From Candidatus Bathyarchaeota archaeon (GTDB lineage: Archaea > Thermoproteota > Bathyarchaeia > Bathyarchaeales > Bathycorpusculaceae), in contig CAVTBV010000001.1 in the NCBI GenBank assembly GCA_963733095.1, positions 157,951 through 221,950 of the forward strand: 64,000 bases of DNA, in the 5' to 3' direction. The position numbers and the translations under genes were made by a program. The notes below the pieces were generated by a model. That model saw only the letters and a list, made by a program, of their open reading frames with translations. It ran no database searches and was not told where the DNA came from. Positions 51,777-61,280 of this stretch are shown here, one piece after another. Every line of letters begins with the position of its first letter. The first letter of the stretch is position 1.

Positions 51777-51840
51777 TTTTCAACATGATGGAGGCTTTAA
51801 AATCAACCAATAGCGACCTACCCCTATCGTTTCTGCAATG
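51777..51840. repeat. Dispersed intergenic element, copy C
   Basis: TTTTCAACAT-N-CAATAGCGACCTACCCCTATCGTTTCTGCAATG. Confidence 0.6.
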
Positions 51841-51930
51841 CTGTGATATTTGGATTCTAATAGGCCGGCCTCCACATCTCTGCGTTTAGAAGTATTCTTT
51901 AATCAGAAAAGCATGCAAATTGGAGGCTGT

Positions 51931-52335
51931 TTAGTAAAGGCCGCCTTCTTTGAAGTAGTGGTACTCTTCTTTTTTGGGACCAAAACTTCGTACGCCGTCC
52001 CGCTTCAGCTGGCACCGCATCTGTTCGGCGTCCTCTTCGGATAATTCTCCCTTCTTTTGTAAGTAAGCAATTATTTCCTCAGCCTGCGCTTCCGTGTCGC
52101 ATCTGCGGATAAAATCTACAGCGGAAGGGTTAAAATGTCGCAGTTTATCAGGTATCTCAGTACAAACGAACTCTTCTTCGGTGCAATCTTCACATTCACC
52201 GTTCACCGTAACCTCCTCCTCGGCTTGCTGCGGGTTTTTGCGTACAGCATTGATTGGAACTTTGACTTCTCCCGATTCGAGTTCCTCGTAGAGGTGCGGA
52301 AATATCTTCTTGATGGATTTTTTATCGATTGCCAT
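51931..52335 (-). CDS. DUF2095 family protein
   Basis: FPHLYEEL, P..VDFIRRCDT..AEEIIAYL..GE, GVRSFGPKK. Confidence 0.85.
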   Translation of the reverse strand: MAIDKKSIKKIFPHLYEELESGEVKVPINAVRKNPQQAEEEVTVNGECEDCTEEEFVCTEIPDKLRHFNPSAVDFIRRCDTEAQAEEIIAYLQKKGELSEEDAEQMRCQLKRDGVRSFGPKKEEYHYFKEGGLY

Positions 52336-52413
52336 CTTGCATCATGTACAAAAATAGTATTCAAAGACGTTATTTATTTTCTTTTTTCTTAAAAAATCGT
52401 TTTTCAGCGAGGA

Positions 52414-53028
52414 CTATACGGGGATGAACTGCTGGGTTGGGTTGGATTCGAGGACTTTTTCAAGTTCCCGGATGTTTAAGCCTTTGAGTTCATCGCCGAA
52501 GGTTTCACATTTACGTTTTTTTCCCGCTTCCTCTCGGATTCGAGCAACGATTTCAAGTCCATGCTTAGTGGTGGTTTCAGCGTAGATATGGAATGACTCT
52601 AAAGTTGCGCCATGCTTGTTGACAGTTGTCCATCCGGTCTTAAGAACTCTAACTCCTCCTGACTTGAGGATTTCCACAACCTCTTCGGATTCATCAGTGT
52701 AGACAGCGATGTCTATGTCGCTTCCCTGCTTAATGGTTCCCCGCCAAACGCTTCCAATCAAAACAGGACAAAACCCGCTCAAAAGCCGCATAACCTCCAA
52801 CGCTTCTTTGCGCATTTGAACTAACCGCGTTTTTCTGTTGTTGCCCTCATTCTCTTCAGCTACCTTATCCAATTCCAAGGCGACTTCAAGGTTAGAAGGC
52901 AAAAAATGAGCACCAAACGTTTGGGCTGCCTTTTCCTTAGCCTGCTTGTACTCTTTTTCTGCCCCAAAATATAGGATTGTAGCCGCTTCTCTTGCAACGC
53001 GACGCTTTAAATTAAAGTCGCTAGTCAA
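52414..53028 (-). CDS. Nucleotidyltransferase domain protein (Pol beta superfamily)
   Basis: VAREAA..EYKQAK N-domain, LIGSVWRG..SDIDI. Confidence 0.85.
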   Translation of the reverse strand: MTSDFNLKRRVAREAATILYFGAEKEYKQAKEKAAQTFGAHFLPSNLEVALELDKVAEENEGNNRKTRLVQMRKEALEVMRLLSGFCPVLIGSVWRGTIKQGSDIDIAVYTDESEEVVEILKSGGVRVLKTGWTTVNKHGATLESFHIYAETTTKHGLEIVARIREEAGKKRKCETFGDELKGLNIRELEKVLESNPTQQFIPV

Positions 53029-53033
53029 AGGAT

Positions 53034-54284
53034 TTACCGTTTAGCGATTGTTTCGTAGAGTTCCACGGTTTTTTGTGCAATCTTGTTCCAGGTGAATTCT
53101 GCTAAGACGCGTTTTCGACCGTTTTTGCCTAGCATTTTCTGTTTTTCTGGGTTTTCCAATGCGCTGATTACTCCCCACGCGATGTCGGAGGGGTTGTTTG
53201 GATCTATGTGGTAGCCGCATTGTTCTTCGCCGCAGCAAATTACAATTTCGCGCATTCCGCTGACTCCGGCTGCCCCGACAACGACTGGTTTCTCCATAGC
53301 CATGGCTTCGATTGCTACTATTCCGAAGGGTTCGTAGTGGCTTGGAAACACTGCTATGTCGCAGGCGGCGTAGTGTTGGATGCGTTCTTCTTCTGGAATG
53401 AAGTCATAACAGAATTTGACGTATTCATCTAGTTTTGTCATTTTGGTGAGGTTGGTTAGGTACTCTTGTAGGTCGCCGACGCCTACGACAACTAGTTTTG
53501 CTTTAGGAATCTTGGAGAGGATGTGAGGCATCGCCATAATCAATTTGTCGACCCCTTTTACCATGACGAGGCGTCCTAAGAAAAGAATCATCAACTCGTC
53601 GTCTTTTATGCCGTATTTGGCCCTGATTTTCTGTATGTTTTCTTTAGAGATGTTTTGGGGATTGTATTTTTGGGGATCAACGCCATTGTAGCAAACTTGG
53701 ATTTTTTCTCTGGGAAAACCGAGTTGCACCAACTCGTCCTTCATGGCGTAGGAGACGGTGACAACCATGTCAGCCATCTTGCCCCCCCTCAACTCGATGT
53801 TGCTGACCACACTCGAGCCATTCCCAAGAGTCCTGCCTTTTTCCGTAGAGTGAACATGGAAAGCCAAAGGCAACCCAGTCTCCCGTTTAACTGTGATTCC
53901 CCCCATCGCTGAGAGCCAGTCATGAGCCACAACAACGTCGTACTTCATGCCTTCTTTCTTGATGAGTTCATTAACCAATTTTGCTGCTGACAAGTAATTG
54001 TAAACCATCAGTTTACCGAACAGGTGAATCCCTCGACCCCATTTTCGTATGTCCTCTGCAATCACGTCGGGCAATGAATCGGACACGTCGATGTGGAGAG
54101 GACGATGGATTTCTATTCCACGCCAAATCTCACGAGTCGGCAACGAACCTTCATCGTCATTCATCGTGAAAACTGTCACATCATGGTCGTTTAACACGAA
54201 TTTGCGTGTGATCTCAGCAGCGTAAGTGCCAAGTCCACCCACAATTTTAGGTGGATACTCATAAACAAAAACGGCAATCTTCAT
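53034..54284 (-). CDS. GT4 glycosyltransferase
   Basis: EYPPKIVGGLG, AHDW, HSTE, LGRLVMVKG, PSHYEPFGIVAIEAMA. Confidence 0.93.
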   Translation of the reverse strand: MKIAVFVYEYPPKIVGGLGTYAAEITRKFVLNDHDVTVFTMNDDEGSLPTREIWRGIEIHRPLHIDVSDSLPDVIAEDIRKWGRGIHLFGKLMVYNYLSAAKLVNELIKKEGMKYDVVVAHDWLSAMGGITVKRETGLPLAFHVHSTEKGRTLGNGSSVVSNIELRGGKMADMVVTVSYAMKDELVQLGFPREKIQVCYNGVDPQKYNPQNISKENIQKIRAKYGIKDDELMILFLGRLVMVKGVDKLIMAMPHILSKIPKAKLVVVGVGDLQEYLTNLTKMTKLDEYVKFCYDFIPEEERIQHYAACDIAVFPSHYEPFGIVAIEAMAMEKPVVVGAAGVSGMREIVICCGEEQCGYHIDPNNPSDIAWGVISALENPEKQKMLGKNGRKRVLAEFTWNKIAQKTVELYETIAKR

Positions 54285-54441
54285 GTCTTTTCAGTCACCA
54301 TTATTCATTTAGCATATGAACCTTTGTACTAAAGCTTTACCTATCTGCCGCTAAACTCACAAAACTACATCGCTAAAAGAAAAAGCTAGGAAAAGTTTGA
54401 TTAGAACGAATTACATAGCACTAACAGTAAGGTGCTTGTAA

Positions 54442-55035
54442 ATGAGTTTGTCACCAATTAAACAGGAAATACTGGAAACCATGCTTCTAAACGATAAACC
54501 AATGAAAGCTATGGAAATCGCCAAGGAGACAAAAAAAGAGTTCCAGCCAGTCAATATGCACCTCTTAGGACTCATCAAGATGGGGCACGTTAGTTTACCT
54601 GAGAAAGGAATATACAAAATTACCGAAAAAGGCAAAAAAGTTCTCGGCATACCCGAAATCACAAAAGAAAAAGCCGCCGCAATTATAGCTTATGCTCCAC
54701 ATGATAAGGCTTTCAACTTCTATGCTACTTTGGGAAAGCCCCTGAACATTCATGCCCATACCCTACGGGATTTTGCAAACAAAATCGACAAAGCAGAATT
54801 AGCCTCAATAGAATTCCATATGCAGCGCAACGATTTTGAAGCCTGGTTTAAGGGACTAGGCGACGAAGAATTAGCAAAAAAAACTGCATTGCTGAAGAAA
54901 AGAAGCCTTACCAGCCAAGACCTGCGTGAGCGTCTTCACGAAATGGTTGAACAACGGTACCTTGAATTGGCAAAACTATCCGGTCAACCCATCCCGCCAG
55001 AAGACGAACATGCACACACCCATACTCACCCATAG
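54442..55035 (+). CDS. Winged-helix transcription factor fused to DUF5752, with His-rich tail
   Basis: AMEIAKE..HLLGLIKMGHV..YKITEKG; AFNFY..IEFH..DFEAW..GDEELA; tail EHAHTHTHP. Confidence 0.82.
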   Translation: MSLSPIKQEILETMLLNDKPMKAMEIAKETKKEFQPVNMHLLGLIKMGHVSLPEKGIYKITEKGKKVLGIPEITKEKAAAIIAYAPHDKAFNFYATLGKPLNIHAHTLRDFANKIDKAELASIEFHMQRNDFEAWFKGLGDEELAKKTALLKKRSLTSQDLRERLHEMVEQRYLELAKLSGQPIPPEDEHAHTHTHP

Positions 55036-55103
55036 TGGGCTACCTTCCTATTTTCTAATCGATATGCAATATTAAAAGAAAAGTTTGCCCAAAAAATGGG
55101 CGT

Positions 55104-56087
55104 TTAGGTTATTTGGCTGTAGATTGGGTGGTCTCTGAACTTTAGGTTGGTCGTTGACCACTCTAAGGTGCCGCTTGGCAGTCTTGTGCAAATCGATTGG
55201 ACAATTGCCCCGCCAGCAGTGAACCGTACGCCGTCGAGCATTTCACCTTTAGTTACGCCTGAAGCCGCAAAAATCATTTCGTTGCCCTTTGCCAGCTCGT
55301 CTTCAGTGTAGGTTTTCTCGATGTCAACGCCCGATGCTTTTAATCTATCCATTCTTTTAGCGTCATCTTTTTTGTCCTTCCATACCTTAACCAGCATGGT
55401 TCCGCCCAAGCACTTCACTGCGACTGCAGCAATTGTTGCTTCGGCTCCTGCACCTGCACCGACGAGCAAGTCAACGCCTGAGTCAGGTAGACATGTAACG
55501 ATTGAGCCTGCGATGTCGCCGTCAGCTATAAGGATGATTCTTACGCCCATCTTTCTTAGTTTAGCGAGCAATTCATTGTGTCTTTCACGTTCAAGCATAA
55601 TCACTGTAAAGTTTGCTAAAGGTCGATTCTTTAGTTTAGCTATGGTCTGCACGATCTCCTCGATGGACATCTCGAGGTTGATTTTTCCCTTGGATTTGCC
55701 GTCGGTTGCAACCTTGAAGTAGTAGCCGTCGTCCGGCAGAACTTTTAGGCATCCAGCAGGAGCACAACACAATGCTGAGATGGCGTCTTTTTTTCCTTTG
55801 GATGTGGCGGTTGTGCCGTCAACTTGGTCGATTATGAATTCTACTTTGGGTCCGTTTCCTGTGCCGACTTTTTCCATGTAGCTGAAGGCGGGTGCTTGGT
55901 CTTTGGGTCCTTCGCAGCAGATGACTTCTCCATCGACTTCGGTTTGGTTTAGAACTGCTCTTGAAAAGTCCAGGGCGGTTTGGTCTACTTTGTCTGGGTC
56001 TCCTTTACCTATATGTAATGCGGCGCCTACTGCTCCAGCAGTAGTGATCCTTGTCAAGGAAGGAGAGAGCGATCTTAGTGATGTCAT
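55104..56087 (-). CDS. glpX: Class II fructose-1,6-bisphosphatase
   Basis: EG.KD.AP, DQVDGT, LERERH, LIADGDI, GAGAEA, FAASGVTKGEMLDGV. Confidence 0.9.
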   Translation of the reverse strand: MTSLRSLSPSLTRITTAGAVGAALHIGKGDPDKVDQTALDFSRAVLNQTEVDGEVICCEGPKDQAPAFSYMEKVGTGNGPKVEFIIDQVDGTTATSKGKKDAISALCCAPAGCLKVLPDDGYYFKVATDGKSKGKINLEMSIEEIVQTIAKLKNRPLANFTVIMLERERHNELLAKLRKMGVRIILIADGDIAGSIVTCLPDSGVDLLVGAGAGAEATIAAVAVKCLGGTMLVKVWKDKKDDAKRMDRLKASGVDIEKTYTEDELAKGNEMIFAASGVTKGEMLDGVRFTAGGAIVQSICTRLPSGTLEWSTTNLKFRDHPIYSQIT

Positions 56088-57016
56088 TTCTTTAGCTCCT
56101 TTTTGCCTTTACATTCGTTTAGCCATAGCTCGGTGAACTCTTGGTAGTTCTGGGCAACCTTTTCAACCGCTTCTTCTTTGGTGGACTTGCCTGCTTTATA
56201 GTCTGCCAATGGATTCCAGAAAATGGTTCTGCCGACAGCAAACCCAATTACGCCCGGAATTTTTGCGCCGACCTTCAGCCATTCCTGAACCTTCTCTTTA
56301 GATTCCCCGCGTCCCAGAGTGATGACGCCTACTTTTCTGCCGCCACTTTGAGCTTGCTTAACCACGGCTCGGGCGGATTCCGGTTTATCCACACCTTCTA
56401 GTTTCCAAATCACTGGTTCTACGCCTGCAGCTTGAATCTCTTTGATACTGTCCACCATTAGCTTAGGGCGCAGTTCTTGGTCATACTTCTCTTTTGAACC
56501 GCCCAGCTTTGCAAGTTGCGCCGTTGTTGAGGGAACTATTAGTTCAAAGAGGAAGGGACGATTTTTCTGAGTTAAATAATCGCTGAGTATCTTTAGCCGA
56601 CCAAGCTGCCTCTTGTTCATCTCTACGTCGCCTTCAGGATTATACCTTACCAGCACCTTCACGAAGGTCGGGTCGAACTCTTCGATGTGTTTAGCAAAAT
56701 CTTCGCCATAGTCAAAGTCAAATTCTTCTTGACCAGATTTCTCCACGGGCATGGCAAACATTAAGTCGTCTTTTTTTGCTTCACGCAAAACGTCGGTGCC
56801 GAACTCTTCATCCACCAGTAAGCCGGCTATATCTTTGGGAACCTTTTTCTTTGTGGCTAGTCGGAAGCCTTCAAAAATTATTTTCTTGTAGTCTTCGATC
56901 TGCCGTTTTTCTTCGGGGGTTGGTTGACGACCTTTTATGCCGAACATTTTTTCTAAGAAAGACGCTCGATGGTCAAATGCTAAAATAAGTAGTTCTTTTT
57001 GCGACCAATCAATCAC
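56084..57016 (-). CDS. DUF2090 family, LacD-like class I aldolase fold
   Basis: LAFDHR, PVEKSG, KVLVRYNP, WKLEG (candidate Schiff-base Lys), LGRG, GFAVGRTIF. Confidence 0.85.
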   Translation of the reverse strand: MIDWSQKELLILAFDHRASFLEKMFGIKGRQPTPEEKRQIEDYKKIIFEGFRLATKKKVPKDIAGLLVDEEFGTDVLREAKKDDLMFAMPVEKSGQEEFDFDYGEDFAKHIEEFDPTFVKVLVRYNPEGDVEMNKRQLGRLKILSDYLTQKNRPFLFELIVPSTTAQLAKLGGSKEKYDQELRPKLMVDSIKEIQAAGVEPVIWKLEGVDKPESARAVVKQAQSGGRKVGVITLGRGESKEKVQEWLKVGAKIPGVIGFAVGRTIFWNPLADYKAGKSTKEEAVEKVAQNYQEFTELWLNECKGKKELKK

Positions 57017-57330
57017 TTAAATCACCGTGCGGTGTATTTTGTGTTTGTTCCTAATAAAACATTATGGGTTTTGCCGGCGAAAATTGATTTATACAATTGA
57101 GTTTTAATATGTTCTTGAGGGGGTTTGTTTTCTTTTTAATTGTTGTGGCTTAGCATCCCCTATACTACGGCAACTACTATTAGTTTACGTAAAAAGCTGT
57201 GTTCTCCCTAAGTTTGTTTTGGGTTGCAGGCTGGTTGTGGAGGCAACCCCAAGCAGAACAGAAACAATGCCTCATGCGGGGGAAACCATGAAATAACTAA
57301 AGCACCCATAACTGGTCCTGAGGCGCGAGT

Positions 57331-57831
57331 ATGAGCGAAACGCGAACAGTCACGGTAAAACTGCCCGAAGACGTCTACCATGAAATGGCATTGCGTATCC
57401 CAGAAGGTGACCGAAGTACCTTTATTCGCGAAGCCATAACAGAAAAGCTCCAAAAAACACCCAAACCAGACACCCTCCTATCCCTCCAGGAACGAATGGG
57501 CAAAATCGAGCAAGAATTCGGGCAAATTAGAAAATATCTCGCTGACCTCGAAATCCTAACCTTCCAACATGGAAAAATTGACCCTTACGCCTACTGCATA
57601 GACGAAGTAGACCGCAAAATCATGGAGTACCTAATGCACTACAAATCCGCAACCACACCTGAACTAGCAGATTACATTAAAACAAACCGCTGGCTCATCC
57701 TGAATCGGCTGCAGAAAATCCAGAAAAACAGCAAAAAACAAATCGGCAAACCCATAATCGAATACTACGCAGGCGAACGTTCAGGCAAGAAGAAGGCTTG
57801 GTGGATAGACCAAGAACTAATTCAGGAATAA
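57331..57831 (+). CDS. Ribbon-helix-helix plus winged-helix regulator
   Basis: TVTVKLPEDVY..RSTFIREAI (RHH), coiled coil, DRKIMEYL..ATTPELA (wHTH). Confidence 0.8.
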   Translation: MSETRTVTVKLPEDVYHEMALRIPEGDRSTFIREAITEKLQKTPKPDTLLSLQERMGKIEQEFGQIRKYLADLEILTFQHGKIDPYAYCIDEVDRKIMEYLMHYKSATTPELADYIKTNRWLILNRLQKIQKNSKKQIGKPIIEYYAGERSGKKKAWWIDQELIQE

Positions 57832-57873
57832 GCTATCTTTAAATCGATAATTCTTGTTTGTTTTGGCTGTTGT

Positions 57874-57952
57874 GGGCTCGTAGTCTAGCACGGATTAAGG
57901 CATCGGCCTCCGGAGCCGAGAATCCTGGGTTCAAATCCCAGCGAGCCCGCCA
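57874..57952 (+). tRNA. tRNA-Arg(CCG), intronless, CCA encoded
   Basis: Acceptor GGGCTCG/CGAGCCC, anticodon arm TCGGC-CTCCGGA-GCCGA, GGTTCAAATCC, ends GCCA. Confidence 0.97.
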
Positions 57953-58320
57953 TAGTTGTTTTCCAAGGAAAAAAGGGGATTCACGTAATCTTTTAAGCGC
58001 ATCCTAACTGCCCCTGATCCCCAAACGAATTTATCCTGCAAATGATAAACCCACCCTTTTCTTTTTTTAACTCAGGGTATATTTTATCAAGAGATAAGGT
58101 GCTCTTGTCGAAAGATATATCACTCAACTTAAACTGCCATAAGTCTCCGTGTAAAACATTTTCTAAGGCTTCAAGAACTTGTTTTGCTTGCTTGGACACA
58201 ACACCCATCTCGTATGTAGTAAGAGACCAGTGGTAAAGAAATTTTCGAGCATGTTCTAATGTATAGAAATAAATACGGTGTTGTATTGGCTAACTGCGAT
58301 GGAAGAGAAGAGGTCTGCTA

Positions 58321-59858
58321 TTGCAGGTTAGAAATGCCTTAATGGTTAGCAAAAGACGCTTAGTATTAATCTCGTCCATTGTTATAATAGCCATTATTGT
58401 TGTGTCATCATTCACCGCTATGGAAGCCAGCAAATCACCATCTACTTCTATGGCAAGCAAGAAGCCGTTCTATGTAGGCGTTACTTACTGTGGAAGTTCA
58501 AGTATTGAAGCCCAACAACTAATTGATAAGGTTAAGAATTACACTAACCTGTTTCCTTTTGCAGTCAGGACCATTAATGTATAATATTAATGCCTCAAAG
58601 GAGATATGCGATTATGCGGTCCAGTCAGGACTTAACATTATCATAAGTGGAAGCACCAACAGTTTAAGGCAACAATTTGAATGCTATACTTGGTATTGCT
58701 CATGAACGTTGGGGAAGTCACTTTCTTGGCTTGTATTTTAATGATGAACCTGCTGGTCATATGCTTGATTCTCCCTATATGCTTCTTAACGATAGTAATA
58801 CAAGCGTTAGCATTTCAAAGAATTCTGACGTAATCATTTCATTCGGTAACCAATCAGGGGTGGGTTTGAATACAGTTTCAACTCAATACGAATTTGGCAT
58901 TGTTTCAGGAATTATAACCATAACAACAATAATTTCAACGAATATTTCCCATGGGTCAATTCCCACGGTTACTAATATAACGGTAGATGGAACGCCTGTT
59001 ATACCTGATCAAACTGTTTACTATCCCAATGGCACGATTACGTATGCAACCGATACAACGCTTATCTATGAGCCAAACTGAGAAGTTTTTGATGGAAACG
59101 GTCAGGTTATAACTAATCAGGGAAACATTTCACAGTTTGAACCCTACCAACAAGTCTGGAATTTAAATCCACTTCTAAATGACACTGACACAGCTAATCT
59201 GTATGTAAACAACCTACAAAATACACTATCGTCGATTGGTAATCAATCTTATGTTAACCTCTTCACATCAGACTATTCCCTATACTGGTTCGACTATCTT
59301 GGTGGCTACAATACCGTATTTGCTGAACTATTCGGGACTCAAACTGATGCACAGAATTTGGCTTTGGTTAGAGGTGCGGCTGATATGCAAGGTAAAAGTT
59401 GGGGTGTAATGATTGAGCCAGCAAGACAATCACCGCTTAATCTTCAAACTGGCGACCAAATATACAACGAGTTAAAACAAGCATACGAAAACGGTGCTGA
59501 ATACGGTGTAGTCTTCAATTATGCTCCAAACAGCAATAGCACGGCCGGACTTTTACAGGATGAGTAGTTTAACGCAATTCAAAGATTTTGGACGGATGTT
59601 GTTCAGAATCCCAAAGTAACCAATAATGTGAACGGACAGGATGCGTTAGTTCTGCCAAGCGACTATGGCTCAGGCTTGAGAAGCCCAAATGATTCTGTAT
59701 GGGGTATATGGCAACCTGATAGCTCCCATCAAGTTTGGAATTCAGTCCAGATATCACTTGCTAAATATGGGTCAAAACTTGACATAGTCTACAATGACCC
59801 TAACTTCTTGACTGCTGACAAATATCAGCGTATAATCTATCTGGAATCAAACAACTGA
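58321..59858 (+). pseudogene. Disrupted secreted-protein gene (two frameshifts, two nonsense codons)
   Basis: ORFs 58321, 58523, 58677, 59358 and 59628 join into one protein (signal anchor, FYVGVTYCG, LQSGP, YFNDEP, FTSDY.LYWFDY, RGAA, LVLP.DYG); in-frame TGA at 59079 and TAG at 59565. Confidence 0.85.
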
Positions 59859-59905
59859 TTAAGTAGACCTTTTTCCACGGCAAGATGTACCCCCTATATC
59901 TATGG

Positions 59906-59966
59906 GTCAAGAAAACTTGACTAAATCTGCTAAATGCCAGTTCCTGTTTAGTCAAGAAAGCTTGAC
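59906..59966. promoter_or_regulatory. Tandem 16-bp palindromic operators GTCAAG-AAAR-CTTGAC
   Basis: GTCAAGAAAACTTGAC at 59906-59921 and GTCAAGAAAGCTTGAC at 59951-59966, directly upstream of the surface-protein operon. Confidence 0.7.
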
Positions 59967-59978
59967 GAAAAGGCTCTT

Positions 59979-61280
59979 ATGACACTAAATCAATACGCTT
60001 CAAATGTGAAGAAGATACTTTCGATTATTGCTGTCTTGCTTCTAAGTATTTTAATTGCGGAAATTCCAGCTATAGCTGAATCCCAACTGGCAACTCCTTC
60101 CCCTTCCCCAAAGTCTTCTCCAAGCCCACCAGAATTCACCGCAAAATTTGTTGCATCTTCATTGGAAGTAACAATTAAGAACCAACCACTGGCAGACTAT
60201 GCTGATGCAAATGGTAGCAACCCAAGTCTATACTATGGATTTAGATTCAAAGACCATGAGAATATTCAAGATTGGAATTATGCTCCAATATATTATGTCG
60301 GTAGTTCATCTTATGGAAGTTACTATAAAGCATCTACCTCAGACTATACTGTAGTGTCTTTTCCGTTGGGAAGTTACCCTTTGACAGGTATTTTGGGTAG
60401 TGGACAGGTGGACCTGCAAGTTATGGCACTCATTGGAAATGAAGTCCCAACCAATTATGAGAATGGAACAGTATACGGATTTGATGGAGTAGAAAGCGTT
60501 TGGAGTAGCACACAAACAATAACCGTCCCGGTAAGTTCGGCGTCTCCTTCTGAACAGAATAGGGCGTTAGCGTTTATTGAAAACGTTCTTCCAATAGATA
60601 GTTCTCAATGGCATATAGAACTCAAAGTTGACGGCAATGCAACAGATTCACAAGTTCGCCAGCGACTTGATATCAATAACATTTCTGTCGGTAATAGCGA
60701 TAATGTGTTGATTTATTTTTTGGGTTCAATGGTAGGTACTGCGGATAGCCTGGAGGTCATTCTGGTAATCGGAGAAAACAATTTTTACCAAGGCATCGTG
60801 GATATCGAAAACGCACCATCTTACAATAGTTTTGGACGTCAACTCGAAGTGGCTAACATTACGACTTTCTTGGCTAACTACCAGAGCTGGTCGGGGTCTG
60901 ATTCAACAAAAATGATAGAAACGCTATCAAATGTCGATATAGCTCAAAATACCAGAATAAGTTCAGGCAACCTAATGATGTCAATCAATCGCACAGACGC
61001 GTCTACAGCGATCAGCTGGGTCTTCCAAGATTCTCGTACTTTTAATGTTTCTTTCCAAAACAATTTCCCAATCAGTTTCTATGATGATCGCCAGATTAAT
61101 TCTATCATACCAACCCCAACACCGCTTCCAACGATTAATACTGGTGAAGAACCACCCAAAACAGAGCCTTTCCCAATCACGATTGTTGCTACTGTGACCC
61201 TCGTAGTCGTATTAGCGGTGGCTGCTGGTTTGTTAGTTTACCTCAAAAAACGCCGACCGAAATCGGGAGGTAAAACATGA
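59979..61280 (+). CDS. Secreted, C-terminally anchored surface protein
   Basis: Signal peptide, many N-x-S/T sequons, TEPFP + TM + KKRR tail. Confidence 0.85.
   Translation: MTLNQYASNVKKILSIIAVLLLSILIAEIPAIAESQLATPSPSPKSSPSPPEFTAKFVASSLEVTIKNQPLADYADANGSNPSLYYGFRFKDHENIQDWNYAPIYYVGSSSYGSYYKASTSDYTVVSFPLGSYPLTGILGSGQVDLQVMALIGNEVPTNYENGTVYGFDGVESVWSSTQTITVPVSSASPSEQNRALAFIENVLPIDSSQWHIELKVDGNATDSQVRQRLDINNISVGNSDNVLIYFLGSMVGTADSLEVILVIGENNFYQGIVDIENAPSYNSFGRQLEVANITTFLANYQSWSGSDSTKMIETLSNVDIAQNTRISSGNLMMSINRTDASTAISWVFQDSRTFNVSFQNNFPISFYDDRQINSIIPTPTPLPTINTGEEPPKTEPFPITIVATVTLVVVLAVAAGLLVYLKKRRPKSGGKT

Noticed and set aside
52414-53028. Nucleotidyltransferase as the MNT half of an MNT-HEPN toxin-antitoxin pair
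   Set aside because: No adjacent HEPN gene, and the protein is longer than minimal MNTs with an extra N-terminal domain.
57993-58236. Two short opposing ORFs after tRNA-Arg
   Set aside because: Possibly a gene remnant, but nothing recognisable to support a call.
59079-59567. In-frame TGA and TAG as possible selenocysteine/pyrrolysine or recoded stops
   Set aside because: The same gene has two frameshifts, and TGA/TAG end normal genes throughout the window; ordinary pseudogenisation explains it.
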